From assembly GCA_036785375.1 (NCBI GenBank), contig JAWMAR010000115.1, positions 4,154,001 through 4,218,000 on the forward strand: a stretch of 64,000 nucleotides of DNA, given 5' to 3'. The notes beneath the pieces are model-generated. The model worked only from the letters and a program-made list of their open reading frames with translations. It searched no databases and had not been told where the DNA came from. The position numbers and the translations under genes are program-made. This document shows positions 26,067-40,893 of the stretch, piece by piece. Each line of letters opens with the position of its first letter. The first letter of the stretch is position 1. Source of the DNA: Leucoraja ocellata (Eukaryota).

Positions 26067-27269
26067 TTCTGTACATGGACAGGGTGGATTTATGGAATAT
26101 GGGCCAAATGCAGGCAGCTGGGATGAGCGTAAATGGGGAAGCTTGGTCGACATGGGCAAGTTGGGTCAAAGGACCTGTTCATTTTATGCTGCATAACTCT
26201 ATTGTGGGAAATTATTGTATTAATTGTTGAAATTCCCATACTTTTATTTTAACTTTTTTTTTTAAGCATACAAAAAAAAGTCTGATAATATTGGGCCGTT
26301 TGTTTCGATGCATTACGGTAGCAGAAAGCCGCTTTATTCACTAGCTTGACATAGAATCGTGTATAACTGCACGCTCGCACAAACAGGCAGTGGCCAGCGC
26401 CCGGGCTAGAAAGCAAACCCATGTTCAGAGCCCTTCCCAGCCGTCATCGATATATTACGCTTCGCGAATCTTGAAAGTCTTAAAAGTAAACGTTTACTTC
26501 GCCAATTTTGGGTGCTTTAATAAAATTCACTCCTTATGCCAATGTACAAATGTGTGCATGCAAAATACTGCAGATGCGGGACATCTGAACTCAAAGAAAA
26601 GAACATTCTGGAAACGCTCAGCAAGTCGGCCAGCAATTTTGGAAAGGTTACCGCACTGTCATCTGCTAAGTCCCTTTCATCTGAAACATTAACTCTCTCT
26701 ATGTAGATACAGTGAAAAGCGTTTGTTTCATCCATACCAGTCAGCGGAAAAAACAAGACAAGGTCTATTTAAACATTTACTGCATTAAACCTCGCTGCAT
26801 ATCCCATTTCCATTTGTACCGACCTGTACACGCCTACACTATGAGCAGTACCATTCTGAGATAGGACATCATCGGGTTGTCTGCTAATCCAGAGGCTAAG
26901 TACGGAAGTTGTTCTGCATTCCCACCAACAGTACCGTGATCAGGACCAGATATTATATTTCAGCTGGTGTAATTGTTGAATTGTGATAACTGTCCATAAG
27001 ACATAGGAGCAGCTTTAGGTCATCGCGTCTGCTCCACCAGTCGATCACAGCTGTAATATTTTCTCCCTTTCAACCCCATTTCCTGCTTTCCACCCGTAAC
27101 CTTTGACACTCTTCCTAATCAATAACCTATCAATGTACTTGAGTTTGAGTTACTGTATTTACTTAAACAAGGAAACGGAGAGAAAATGTGTAGGAAGCAA
27201 CTGCAAATGCTGGTTTACACTGAAGATAGGCACACAATGCTGGAGGAACCAGACTGCGTTTGGCCTGAG

Positions 27270-28025
27270 TCTATTGGATTGGATTCAATGTTATTGTCAT
27301 TGCACTTTTCAGTGCAACAAAATGGTTTAGCCTGCAGTCATAACATAGAATAAATAACAAAACAAACTCAACACAGTTTAAAATCCCAAAGTCATTGTCT
27401 CTTCCCTCCTTGCTCTCCCTCTGCACTGAGGCAGTCCAGGCCTCCGATGTTGTGACCCCGCCGGGTGATGGTGAGCAAGTCCCGCGGCTAAATCCAAGCT
27501 CCACAAATGGGCCGGTTCAACTTCAGCCCGGGGTGGTCGAAGCTGCTGAAGCTGCCGCCCTCCAGTCCAACGGACGCAGCTGTAGTTGCGGGAGCTCCGG
27601 AAAAACAGGTCTCCAACCTGTGACCTGCGAGTTCCCGACGATGTCATCTACTGGCCCGTGGCCGAGCCTCCGAGGCTCCAAAGTTAGGTCGGAAGTTGGA
27701 TCACCCCGCAATCACAGCCCCGAAGTCGGCCAGCGTCGCGTTGGTAAGTCCTGGCTGGCTCTGCCTCCGGAGCCTCGAGGTCGGTCCCAGTTGGAAGCCG
27801 CCAGCTCCGTGATAGGCCTCAGCGCAGACGGACATGGAGATGGGGGATAAGGCAAGAAAGGTCACATCCCCCCGAATGAAGAGTCAAAAAACATGTTACG
27901 CCCACCTCCCCACACATACACAACTAAATAAACTGAAATAAACTAACAACGGGACAAAAGAAAACAAAAAAAAGAAGACAAATGGACTGCAGGCGAGCCG
28001 CAGCTGCAAGGCAGTGCCGCCACTT
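27270..28025 (-). repeat. GC-rich interspersed repeat, related at its 5' end to 8120-8870 and 30600-31270
   Basis: Minus-strand head 'gctgcggctcgcctgcagtcc..ttttgttt', GC-rich body, short tandem tail (attgg)n. Its ORFs show no recognisable homology. Confidence 0.5.
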
Positions 28026-29589
28026 CCGGAATTCCAGTCTATCCTGCGTGGCCTACAAATTTAGTTCAGAGATGCAACAAGGAAATAGACCCTGGCGGCC
28101 CACTGAGTCTACACTCGCCACCGATCACCCATTTACTCTAATTCTATGTTATCCCACTTTCTTATACATGGAAACCACATGGTACGAAGAACTGCAAACT
28201 CCACATAGAGAGCACCCAAGGTCAGGATCACACCCAGGTCTCTGGTGCTATGAGACAGCAGCTCTACCAGCTGCGCCATTGTACCATCCATCCACTCTTT
28301 CTGATAAAGCATCTACTCTTTTAGCTGGGATAATAATTAATCATTAGGGCTTTCTTTGGCTTGCTTGGGCTTATTTATAACTTGCCTTAAAAGTGCCACA
28401 TTAAAGTGCCACATGTGATAAGTATTTGCCAGATATTCTTTCCCCTGTGTACAATACTGGAATAATTCCTTTAAAAAGCCATTGAACGTCTATTGCTTGA
28501 ATTCTACATGAGAAAATGTTGAAAACACCTTTATTCAACAGCAGTCTAACTAGTCTCTCATTTATGGAGATAAGGAAGATGTGATGACACATTTACACAT
28601 GCAATGAATTAATCAGGTTGTTTTCCCTGCACTGGGAAGTTGTAATGACTATCAGCATGGCAGTGTTCACACATGTGGGTTTCCTGGACCTGTCACACCT
28701 TTGATCATTTCAGTAAATTTTTTATGCAGTTGATACTCGTCAAAATGTTGGAACCCAAATTCATCCTAAACTTGTAGCTTGACTCGGATCATTTGAGCAG
28801 GAACAGTAGCAGGAAATAACAATTGAATCATATTGACGGACTCAGAGGAAAGAAAGATATTCCAAAATAGGAAAATACATTGTATTCAATTTCCCATGGG
28901 AGTACCTTTACAACACCCAGACACACTGGATCAAATATTAGCTCATTGCCCCCTACTCAAGTACAATGTAGGGTGAGAGCATTACATGTTCATCTTACGG
29001 GAATGTATTTTTAACATTATCTGGATGTTCTAGAAATGATTAACCAGTAGACCAGATTAAGCTGAATGTCCGTCACCCAATAGTTCTCTGGGTGCTGCCT
29101 GCTGCTAGGTGCTCACAACTCAGATAAGCCTCGATTTCAGGATGTTCTTGGCCAAATCAAGCAGTACCAGTCCACCCGGTCTCCTGTTTCAATGCTGGCC
29201 CCACCATGGAACAGAGCAGTGGCGTACTGATGTGCTGAGAAAATTCAGCCCGCTCCCATTATAAGACCCGAACTACAAATATTAATCCCATTCAACTGCT
29301 AACTATGTAGAAATGGTAATTGCAGGTGTATGTTTAAATAGACCTTGTATTGTTTTTCCGCTGACTGGTTAGCATGAAATCAAAGCTTTTCACTGTACCT
29401 ACAAAGAAAGGAGAGAGTTAATGTTTCAGATGAAAGATCTTACATCAGACCTGAAACTACCTGTAAGTTCATAAGTTTGATGTGGGCTAAGGTTTTCACC
29501 CCTAGAAATTTGCAGCATAAAGGTTGGTTACTTCTATCAATGTACTATCTCCACCTAACTACATCAGCCTATTTGCAGCTGTAAATCTT

Positions 29590-29892
29590 CAGTTTAGTCT
29601 AGAGATACAGTGCGGAAACAGGCCCATCGACCCATCGAGTCTGCACAGCCCAGCAATCCCCACACACAAGCACCATCTACACACTAGGGACAATTTATAA
29701 ATTTTACCGAAGCCAATTAACTTACAAACCTGTATGTCTTTGGAATGTGGGAGGAAACTGGAGGACCCGGGGCAAACCCATGCCGTAATGGGAAGAACAT
29801 ACAAACTCCGTACAATGTGCCTCCGTTGTCAGGATTGAACCCGGGTCTCTGGCGCTGTAAGGCTGCAACTGTATCACCATGCCGTGCCACCC
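29590..29892 (-). mobile_element. HE1/V-SINE-like SINE
   Basis: Near full-length reverse-complement copy. Confidence 0.8.
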
Positions 29893-30599
29893 AGCTCATC
29901 TACTTCTTTCTCACTTCTAATTGCATTTGTCTCATTGGTAGGAGAATGGAGAAGGTTCAACTGCCTTCTGATCTGTCAATCCAGTTGAGAAGAGTTTCTC
30001 GATGAAGCGTTTACAATGTGGAGCAAGAACCGCAGATACAATGTTAAAGGTAGAAAATGTGAATGATTCAGAATGTGCTTGAAATATTGTCGATAACTTA
30101 AATAATGTTGAACACATATCTATCCGCAATTGCAATTTATAAATGTGGGACATATTCTGATATATCTAACATATGAAAGTTATTTTGACTTTGTTGCCTG
30201 GATTTTTACACTTGTTTTGTCCTAGAAAAGATTCCTAAATATTATCAACATTGTAAAATATCTGTATGCCCAATATGTTCTGACAGTGATTGATAGAATT
30301 ATTATGCAAAACAAGAAACTGCAGATGCTGGTTTACAAAAAAAAGGCTGCAAAGTGCTAGAGTTTCTCAGTAGGCCAGGCAGCATCACTGGAGAACATGG
30401 ATGGGTAACGTTTCGTGTTGAGACCCACCTTTAGACTATATGTGATGGGGGAAGAAAGCTGAAAGAGAGGAGGGGCAGGACAAAGCCTGGCAAGTGATAG
30501 GTGGACCAAAGGGCCTGTTTCCACGCTGTATCTCTAAACTAAACTAAACTAAACTTTCACATTAGATATATCAGAAAATGTTCCACATATGTAATATGT

Positions 30600-31270
30600 T
30601 CCACTGGGTGGCACCAGCAATGGCTGCCTCGCCAGCAGTCTGTCTATCCTTTCCTTCTTTGTGTTTAAATAGTATGTGTTAAATCTATGTTTTTAGCTTG
30701 TTTTATGTGGGGAGTGGGGGGGGGTTGGGGGAAACCTTTTATTATCTCTTACCTCGACGGAGATGCAATTTCTTTGAGTATCGTATCTCCGTCTGCACTG
30801 TGGAGAAGATGGTGGCCTTTGCTGGAGACCGACTTTTGAGAGCTTCATACTAAGGGTTTAACATCGCAGAGCCCTCGATTGACCTTGGAGCTCCAACCGT
30901 GGGTGCTTGCGGACTTAACATCACGGAGCCCGCAGTCTCTGGTCAGACACTGACATCGGGAACTCCAAGCCACAGGAGCTTCGACCGCCCTGACACGGGA
31001 GCTTCAACCACCGGCTGCGGGAGCTTTGATCGCCCCCTTCGGATGGTTCGACTGCCCCGACCTCGGGAGAAATAAAGAGGAAGAAGATTGGACTTTTTCT
31101 GCCTTCCATCACAGTGAGGAATGTGGGGAAACCACTGGTGGTGGATATATATGTTAACTTTTATGTATTTGTGTGTCTTTGTTGCTTTTTTATTCGTATG
31201 GCTGTATGGTAATCCGTATATCACTGTACCTTAATTGGTACATGTGCCAATAAAATACCTTTTTGAAACC
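30600..31270 (+). repeat. GC-rich interspersed repeat (same family as 8120-8870)
   Basis: Shared blocks as listed for 8120-8870. Ends aataaaata-(cctttgaaa)n. Confidence 0.6.
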
Positions 31271-34200
31271 TTTGAAACATTTATAAATTGCAACTAGTAT
31301 ACTTGCTGCCATTATTTGCTCTGCCTGGTTCTGTCTTGTTAGTATGAATGTTCATCACATCTATTATAATATCACTTTACACAAGTGCCACTAGGTTGAC
31401 CTATGCAATAGAACATAACATTTGATAATTATGATTAAAGAGCTTAGCGAAAGCAAAGGCCTTGTTGAATTGTGTAAATGGCTGTGACTTATGTTCAGAT
31501 GAGAAGCACTGATAAACCTGGCTTAATAAAATCTCAATAAAACAACACCTGTTTCATGTTTCGAGAGGGGAACTCATTGAAAGCTCAGGGAAAATTATTG
31601 ATTGGAAAACCGCTTTTATTCAAACCAAGTGGTGATTAATAACAAATTAATTCTGCATAGAGATATTTGCTAAATTTGTTTAATGAAAGTAATGTGGAGG
31701 TTAAAAGAAAACACTCGACAGATGTCAGAAGAGTGGAAAGCTAAGGCTGAGTCATCAGTTAGAGGACAAGAGTTCAGTTGTGAATCAATAAGGTTACTTG
31801 TCTGCTACAGAAAAAAGACCTTCTGTTCCTGCTTCAGACCTGAAGGGCAGGGTTCACCCATCAAGTTCTCAGATTCTGCTGAAATATATTTCCACTGCAC
31901 TACCTTCCACTCTCTAAAACTGTCTGCCACTTAAATAAACATCAGGAACAATAAACTCCTTTAATGTAGCAAGGATGCTTTACATTTGACAGTAACAGCA
32001 TCGGGAGATATCCAAGGTATAGAACCAAATATTTGTTCAGATGGAGGATTTAAGGAGCTTTTTACAGGAGGAAAGAGAGTCGGAGAAGTAGCAGGGTGTG
32101 AGAATGTGAATTCCTGAGCATGAATGCTTGGCAGCTGAAGATACAGCTACCATTGAAGGAGCAATTAAATTCAGGTATGATCAACGGGCTTTCAGCCATC
32201 GTTGCCAATTACACAATATGTTGTTTTTAACAAACACCCATAAAAAGCGATTTTATGAGGCATAGCTGGCAGTGAGCACAGATCAGAGATCCAGACTCAA
32301 AATGTTGCAGTTACATAGAAAAAGCAATGAAATCTTCAAAGAATTACTCTGACAATACTTCGGCCGATGTGGTCCAAAAGGTTTGATGATACCATATCTG
32401 TTCAACATCTAAAAGCTGCAAACATTTAAGAAAAACACACATTTCTATTTTAACAGATGATTTGGCTGGATTCGAAATGCCGTAATGAGAAATCCAGCAT
32501 GGATTGTTGGATTAATGTGTTACATGACATGGAGTCACACAGAGTACAGTTCCAAGTTTGCTTCTTGTTTAATTCTACCCATTGTACGATGGGTAGAATT
32601 AACTGTTCCTAAGCGGTTCAGCTGATTGGACATGTTGCAGATAGAAAAGAAGAAATTACTTTGCATTGCACCTCATGGCATCCTTAGTACCATGGCACCC
32701 ACATATAAGACCTGAAGAAGGGTCCCGACCTGAATCATCACCATCCATGTTCTTCAGGGATGCTGCCTCACCCACTGAGTTACTCCAACAGTTTGTGGCT
32801 TTTTTTTTTTACAAATAAGGACTTCATACTTCACTGTCTATATCTCTCATTTCCTTTTCCCCAGACTAGTCTGAAGAAGGGTCTCGACCTGAAAAGTCAC
32901 CCATTCCTTCTCTCCAGAGATGCTGCCTGTCCCGCTGAGTTACTCCAGCATTTTGTGTCTGGCTTCAGGACTTCATATCCAGTGAGTTGGTATTTGAAGT
33001 GCAATAAATATTAAGTGGAGAAAAAACACGGTAGATGCGTTCACAAAGAAGCAATGATAATTAACTGATGTTTCTGTTATTGATTGAGAATATCTATGTA
33101 TATTTATTTATTCATAAGATATAGATGTCACTGGCAATGTCTCTAATTGTCCCTGATATGTTCTGTGTTTTTTTCATTGCTCCACTCTTCCCCCCCCCGA
33201 CCGCTATTTTTCAATCTGAAGAAGGGTACTGACCTGAAATATCACCTATTCCTTTTCTCCAGAGATGGTGCCTGACCCACTGAGTTACTCCAGCATTTTA
33301 TGTCTATCTTTGGTATAAACCAGCACCTGTAGTTTCTTCCTGCAAATGTTGCCTACAGTTCCTTGTTTCTATATCATTCATAAATACATCAACTCAAACT
33401 CAAATACAATAGATAGGACAGTGGGGAAGATATGGAGTGCAGAATATACTCAGCATTGTAGCACATCAGTTCCATAGATGAAAGTCAAAATGATCACAAT
33501 AGGGCAGAGGTGAATTGGACAGTGCCCAAGCTTCTGGAAGGACCATATAGAAGCTGGATAACAGAGGGGAAAAACCTGTTCCTGAGGCTGACGGTGCACA
33601 CATAAGCTTCTATACTTTCTGCCAAACAGGAGAAGGGAGAAGAAGGAATGACTGGAATGGATCAAGACTTTGATTTGATGGCTGTTTCTCTGAGGCAGCC
33701 TCAGCAAAGCAGCCAACATAGTCAAAGACTTGATCCATCCTGGTCAATCCTTTTTCTCCCTTGCAGATGAAGTCAATGGTGGGAAGTCTGGTCTGTGTAA
33801 TGGAATGGGGTACTACTCTCTGTAATTTCTTATTATCTTGGGCAGGGCTATTTCAAAACATGTTGCAGGCCAACATTCCCCTCATGCACCTCTATAAGAT
33901 CAGCCCTCAGTCTCCTGTGCTCTAAGGAATAAAGCCCTAGCCTGCCCAGCCTCTACCAATGTCTTGTACAACTGTAAATTTACATCCCACCTCTCTTCTC
34001 AATACCTGACTAATGAAGGCCAATGTACCAAAAGCTTTCCTGACCACTCCAGAGATGTTGCCTGACCCGCCAAGTTACTCCAGCTTTTTGTATCTTTTTG
34101 TGTAAACCAGCATTTGCAGTTCCTTGTGTGTACAATGTGGGCAAGATAAATCGTAACCATCCAGTTGAGAAGAGTGCAGTGTAGTGTTCTATGGACCTTT

Positions 34201-35369
34201 TTTTTTTTGGGGGGGGGGGGGTAAGGGGGGTGGTGATTCATTAAAATTTCAATGCCCCCCTTTTCAGTACATTCATTTTTTTGTTTGCTTTGAAAGCAAT
34301 CTAAATGCCAAAAATTTGTAGCCTCCCTTTAATCTGGTATTTTGTTGGTTCACATGCTTGACCGATGGTGTTTTATCATTAATGTCTTATTATTATTAAT
34401 GTTTAGTGTTTTCTGAGTCATTCGTAACTGTCACTGAATGTCATGTTGTTACTTGGCCAATAAACTTACTTACTTACTTACTTACTTACTTTTGGCACCA
34501 CCTAGTGGACAAGTTGAATTTTGCTCTGATTTCAAGGTAAAGTCACTTGTACAGTCAAGTGCTACAGCAACTCAGCAAGTCAGACAGCATCTCTGGAGAA
34601 CATGGAGAGGTGACCTTTTCCAGAGATCCTGCCTGGCCTGTTGAATTATTCTAGCACTTTATCTCCTTTTGTATATTAACCAACATCTGCAGTTCCTTAT
34701 TTCTGAAGTCACTTGTACATGCTTGGGATTTGTAGAACACTTCCATTCCTGGGGAGTTGGGAATAGGTCTATAATTTATTTGCTCTGTTTTGACCTGTAA
34801 AACTGGAGCACCCGGAGAAAGCCCACACGGTTACAAGAACAATATACAAACTCCATGCAGATAGCAGCCGTAGTCATGATCAAACCCGGGTCTCTGGCGC
34901 TGTAAGGCAGCAACTCTACCGCTGCGCCACTGTGCTTCTCCTCAAATGACCTGGAATTCTTATATAAAATATGTTGAGATATTTTACAACTTTGAAGCGT
35001 CTACTTAAATGCAATCTGCTTTTGTTGAACTCATGGGAATTTTATCAGTCAAGTATCATGAGTCAAGTGTTTCATTGCCATTTGCACCAACAAAACAATT
35101 TTTTTTTAATTTGTCGCAGCATAACAGGCTTATAACTTAATACAAATAGATATAAAATAATCACATTTTGATAAATGAGTAACCCCGATACTCATATAAA
35201 AATTGCCATCTTGTTCTGTGGGTTCCAGTGCTGTTTGCTCCCAGACTGAATGACTTGGTTCCTGAAACTTTCAAGATAAAAGGAACAGCTTGCACCTATG
35301 TAGCTGTAATTCAATCTGATGTTCAAAGGTACTTAGTGGGAATATTTTCAGGATATATTTCTGATATGG

Positions 35370-35490
35370 ACAGGAGCCCATCTCGGGAACACCGGATGCA
35401 GTAGATGAAGTTTTTGGAGCTTCATGGGAACTTCTATCTAACCTGAAAGGACAGCTGGGGCCCCTGGATGGGGTCAAGGAAGGAGGCATG
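35370..35490 (-). mobile_element. Penelope-like ORF fragment
   Basis: Minus strand resembles the QGPK..FQV...IYCIRCSRCGLL region preceding the GIY-YIG motif, overlapping the start of the fragment at ~230. Confidence 0.55.
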
Positions 35491-37199
35491 AGGGCAGTTT
35501 AATTTTGGGATACAGCACGGAAACAGATCCTTCAGCCCACCAAGTCCACGCAGACCAGCATTTCCGCACACTTACATTACACACTAGGGACAATTTACAA
35601 TTATACCAAGCCAATTAACCTACAAACCTGTATGTCTTTGGAGGGATTAGTGGTGGGATCCCTTTGGAGGTGGTGGATAACGTGTTTGATGTGGAGGCTG
35701 GTGGGGTGAAATGTGAGGACTAAGGGAACTCTGTCCATGTTGAGTCCGGGGGGGGGGGGGGGGGGGGGGTGACAGCAGCACTACAGAACACTGAGGAGAC
35801 ACTTGTGAGGGCCTCACCTTATGACAGAAGAGGAACCCACAGTCTCTGATGGATGAGATCCAAGTGAGAAGGGGTTGATGGGCAGATAGAGCTTAAATAT
35901 CATAGATATTTAAAATAAGCCTAAAGAACATTAAATAAAGTGAAAATTGGTGATCGTGGTTTTGTTTCCTAAATTCTCCATCCCTTTTGCTTCCCATACT
36001 GGAACTTACCCAAGAACTACAAACACTACCTGATGTTGGCACTGTCGAATGTTGAATGAAGACAGGGGGTGATCAATGTTTGGGGTTAATCCATCCTGAA
36101 ACGTCAATCATCCCTTTGCTTCCACAGATGCTGTCTAACCCACTGAGTTCCTCCAGCATTTTTATTTTGCTAGTGATTCATTCTTTCCACCACTGGTGAA
36201 CAGTGGTTGCAGTGTGTATCATCTATAAAATGCTCTGCCGTTACTCACCCAGACTATTCTAGTAGTAACTATCAAAGTTTCATTCTCTAGCATCAAGAAA
36301 GACATGGCCACAGGCAACACCACCACCAGCAGGTTTCCCTCCAAATCACGTACCATCCTGACTTGGAATATATCATCAATCCTTTGTACCTGTGTAGATA
36401 GATTTCCAAGAAAAAGATGGAAAATAAAGGACATTTTATTTCAATACCAATCTGTGGTGTTGCTTAGAGACATTCCATTCCTCCCAGACATAAAGGAAGC
36501 TGAATGAAAGACAGACATAAGAACAATGAGGCGAAAGGATCGGCTGTTAGACCAACAGCTCCAAAGTTAAACAGGGGGAAAATTAGATTACGGGATGCTG
36601 ATAACTTCTGAAGTGAACTACAAGGATGTTCCAGAGGAAAGAGGTGGTCATACATGCAGGGATGTTTGAGGAAGCTTCGGCTTCAAGCAGCAGCTGCAAT
36701 ATAAAGGTGAGCCCGGTGACAATCCTGTGAACAACAATCACAGAAGAAAGGGCCCAGTGTGCAGAGAAGTCCCGTAATTCTTGTAGTAAGTCTGGTTGGC
36801 TGTATTTAAATTAGGTAATACCCGAGTCTAAACTAGAATTAACTGATTGAATGTTTAAACTAGTGATTGTTTTAAGGGATGACTAATTTAAAATAAAGTA
36901 ATAATTATCATTAAAGTTCTTTGTCTGATGTATGACTTGGCCAAAGGATGGAAGGGTCAAATCTTTCACTGTTGTTGGATCTAAATCATTGAACTTCTTG
37001 CTCCACAGCATTATATAGGCATCTACGCCAGATGATAGCACCAGTTCAAGAAGGTGGCTTCACAAGAGCAGTTGGAGATGGGAAAACACTGCTGGCCTTC
37101 CAAATGGATTCCAAAAATGAATATTGAAAAACAATGAAATAAACAGCTGAGAGCACTGTAAAATAGTCTGGAAAAAGCTGGACATACCAATCCAGCTTT

Positions 37200-38175
37200 C
37201 ATCAGTAAAGTGTTAGAAATTGCTGACAATAGAACAGAAAAGTAGAGCATAGGTATAGGCCCTTCAGCCCACAATGTCTGTGCCTAACATGATGCAAATG
37301 TAAACTAATCATCTGCCTGCACATGATCCACGTGCCCATTCCCTGCATATTCATGTGCCTATATAAAAGTTTCTTAAATGCCCTTATAACTGCCACCACC
37401 ATAATTAAAGGACATTCTTTTACGAAGGAGATGAGGAGGAATTTCTTTAATCAAAGGGTGGTGAATTTGTGGAATTCTTTGCCACAGAAGGTTGTGGAGG
37501 CAAAGTCTGTGGATATATTTAAGGCAGAAATAGATAGATTCTTGATTAGTGCAGGTATCAGATGTTCTGGCGAGGTGGCAGGAGAATGAGGTTTGGAGGG
37601 AGAGATAGATCATGATTGAATGTGTGGAGTAGACTTAATGGGCCAAATAGCCTAATTCTACTCCAATCACTTATGATCTTATGATTCACCACCAGCCCTT
37701 GCACTGCATTCCAGACACCCACCACCTTCTGCATAAAAAACCTGCCCAGCACATCTCCTTTAAATGTTGTCCCTCTCACGTTACAGCTATGCCCGCTAGT
37801 CTTTGACATCTCTACACTGGGAGAAATGTTCTGACTGGCTCCCTATCTATGCCTCAAATGATTTAATAAACTTCTATCGGGTCTACACTCAGATAAAACA
37901 ATTTACATTTCTCCAACCTCTCCTAGTAGCTAATTCCTCCTCATCCAAGCAGCATTCTTGGAGAAAAAGACACAAAATGTTGGGATAACGCAACAGGTCA
38001 ACCAGCATCTCTGAAGAACTTGGATTGTGATGTTTCAGGTCAGGACCATTCTTCAACATTCTAGTAAACCTATTCTGCACCTTCTCTAAAGCCTGTACAT
38101 CCTTCCCATAATGGGGCAACCAGAACTGCAAGCAATACTCCAAACATGGCCTAAACAATGTCTTAGAGAGCAGTA
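37200..38175. mobile_element. Nested CR1 LINE fragments (minus-strand copy interrupted by a plus-strand copy at ~37405-37680)
   Basis: ORF remnants RPCLEYCLQFWLPHYGKDVQALEKVQNRFTRM (minus) and EMRRNFFNQRVVNLWNSLPQKVVEA (plus) are characteristic of the CR1 ORF2 C-terminus. Confidence 0.8.
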
Positions 38176-38373
38176 ATAGTGGGTAAACAGGAACACCTAA
38201 GCAACGATAAGGTTGTCAGGCTTTCGCCAGGACTATGGAGCGCCAGACTTCATCAGACTGTTGGTCCAAACCGGAACCAAAAATCGGAAACCAAAAGTGA
38301 GGTGAAACTGGCAAATGTGACCAAAAGGATCTCTGGTCAGTCAAGTGGAAAGAACTAATTCTAGTGAAGTACA

Positions 38374-38679
38374 TGAAATGTATAGGAAGGAACTGCAGAT
38401 GCTGGTTTAAACTGAAGATAGACACGAAAAGCTGGAGTAACTCAGTGGGACTAGCAGCATCTCTGGAGAGAAGGAATGAGTGACATTTCGGGTCAAGACC
38501 TTTCTTCAGACAAAAAGCTGGAGTAACTCAGCATGACAGGCAGCATCTCTGGAGAGAAGGAATGGGTGACGTTTCTTCAGAGTGGTCTGAAGAAGGATCT
38601 CGATCTGAAACGTTACCCATTCCTTAACTCCAGAGATGCTGCCTGTCCGGCTGAGTTACTCGAGCTTTTTGTGTCTATC
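38374..38679. repeat. Inverted cluster of Penelope-type terminal repeats flanked by a 15-bp direct repeat
   Basis: Two minus-orientation units followed by one plus-orientation unit. ttctagtgaagtaca at 38359-38373 and 38680-38694. Confidence 0.65.
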
Positions 38680-40029
38680 TTCTAGTGAAGTACACCATGC
38701 CTAAGTGATTACCTGTGGTCAACCATCCCAGCTGCAGGACACTGCAAGAGTTGCTCAAGATTCTTATTCACATCAGTTATTCCAACAGCCCTTCCAAAAA
38801 ACGAGACATCTATCAGGCAGAAGGATGAAAACAGCAGCTGCATTGAAATACCACCATCTGCAGGTTCCCCTCCAAGCCACACACTATCCCGATGGAAATC
38901 CATTGCCATTTTTTCACCATTGCCGGGACTAAATCCTGGAACACCCATTGCAACAGCAGGAGCGCTTTCACAAGAAGAGCATTGGCAGTTCAAGAAGGTG
39001 GCTCAGAGCCACCTTCTCCAGCGCTGTTAGGATAGGGAAATAAATATTGGTCTTATCAGATACACCCAGAAAAACAAGTTAGTGTCATAAATATACTCTT
39101 TTAACCACCATTTAGATATTCTGATCAAATATGTTTTACTCTTTATGGAATTTCTCCGCAAGTTAGCTGACAATTCTTTAGATTATATGAAATTATGTTT
39201 GAAATGTACATCTTTGTTTGTAAAATGTTTCCAGATGTTACAAAAGCCTTGTATAAATGGTACACTTAAGTCTGAGCCAATGATCATTCCATTATTACAG
39301 CAAAATTGAATAAATATTTAATGTTGGATAAGATTTAATGCTGAGTTTGTTGGAATGGATGAGGGTGTGAAGAGTTTGAACAAAATACTAGCTCAGGAAT
39401 GAGAAGAACAAATCTTCTGATGTAATTTCCACAGTGTCTCTTGAATAGATGAATAGCATAAGAGGTGGGTGTGAGGAATTATATCTTTCCTTCATGCCAC
39501 CATCGACTTCCTATACATTTACCACTGCCCCAGAAATGCAACAGACATAATCAAGGACTATTTACACCTCTACCATCCGTCAATTGCCCTCTCCCATTGG
39601 GCAGAGACACAAAAGCTTGAAAGCACATTCCTTTTATCAGACCACTGAACAGTCTTCCCATGTGCTAGGGCGCAGTCCAAACCTCTCAACCTACCTCATT
39701 GTGGACCTTTACCTTTTTCTAAGATAGATACAAAATGGAGTAACTCAGCAGGACAGGGAGTATCTCTGGAGAGAAGAAATGGGTGACGATTCAGGTCAAG
39801 ACCCTTCTTCAGACTTTTTCTACTCTGACACTTATTTTCCTCCAAATTAACAATCTTCATTTACTCATCGCACGTGCCTTAAACAGATGAGGGAGCTTTT
39901 AACCTGCCCTCCTTCAAGGAAAAGTTTTGGATAGACAAAGTTAAACAGGGGAAAAAAACTTCCAAATGCTGTTATAGTATAGGGTTATGTTGTATTTATC
40001 TGAATTCCAACCATTCTCCTGCTCATTAA

Positions 40030-40893
40030 TAGACAATAAACAATAGACAACAGATGCAGGAGTGGGCCATTCGGCCCTTTGAGCCAGCACCGCCATTCAC
40101 TGTGATCATGGCTGATCATTCACATTAAGTAACCCATTACTGCCTTCTCCCCATATCCCTTGACTCTGCTATCTTTAAGAGCTCTATCTAACTCTCTCTT
40201 GAAAGCACCCAGAGAATCAGCCTACACTGCCTTCTGGGGATTCCACAGATTCACAACTCTCTGGGTGAAAAGGTTTTTCCTCATCTCTGTTCTAAATGGC
40301 TGACCACATCCCTTAAACTGTGGCCCCTGGTTCTGGACTCCCCCAACATCGGGAATATGTTTCCTGCCTCAAGCGAGTCAATTTCCTCAATAATCATATG
40401 TTTTAATAAGATCCCCTCTCGTCCTTCCAAATTCCAGTGCATACAAGCCCAGTCGCTCCATTCTTTCAACATATGACAGTCCAGTCATCCCGGGAATTAA
40501 TCTTGTGAACCTTTCGTCACTTCCTCAATAACAAGAGTGTCCTTCTTCAAATTTGGAGCTCACAACTGCACACAATACTTCAGATGTGGTCTCACCAGGA
40601 CCCTGTACAACTGCAGAAGGACCTCTTTACTCCTATACTCAAATCCTCTTGTTATGAAGGCCAACATGCCATTAGCTTTCTTGACTGCCTGCTGTACCTG
40701 CATCCTTACTTTCAGTGGCTGATATACAAGGACACCCAGATCTCGTTATACTTCCACTTTTTTAACTTGACACCATTCAGATAATAATCTGCCTTCCTGT
40801 TCTTGCCACCAAAATGGATAACCTCACATTTATCCAGATTAAACTGCATCGGCCATGCATCTGCCCACACACCCAACCTGTCCAAGTCACCCT
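40030..40893 (-). mobile_element. CR1 LINE 3' portion running into the assembly gap
   Basis: GDLDRLGVWADAWPMQFNLDKCEVIHFG (CR1 RT C-terminal region) through to the CR1 3' tail. Confidence 0.88.
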
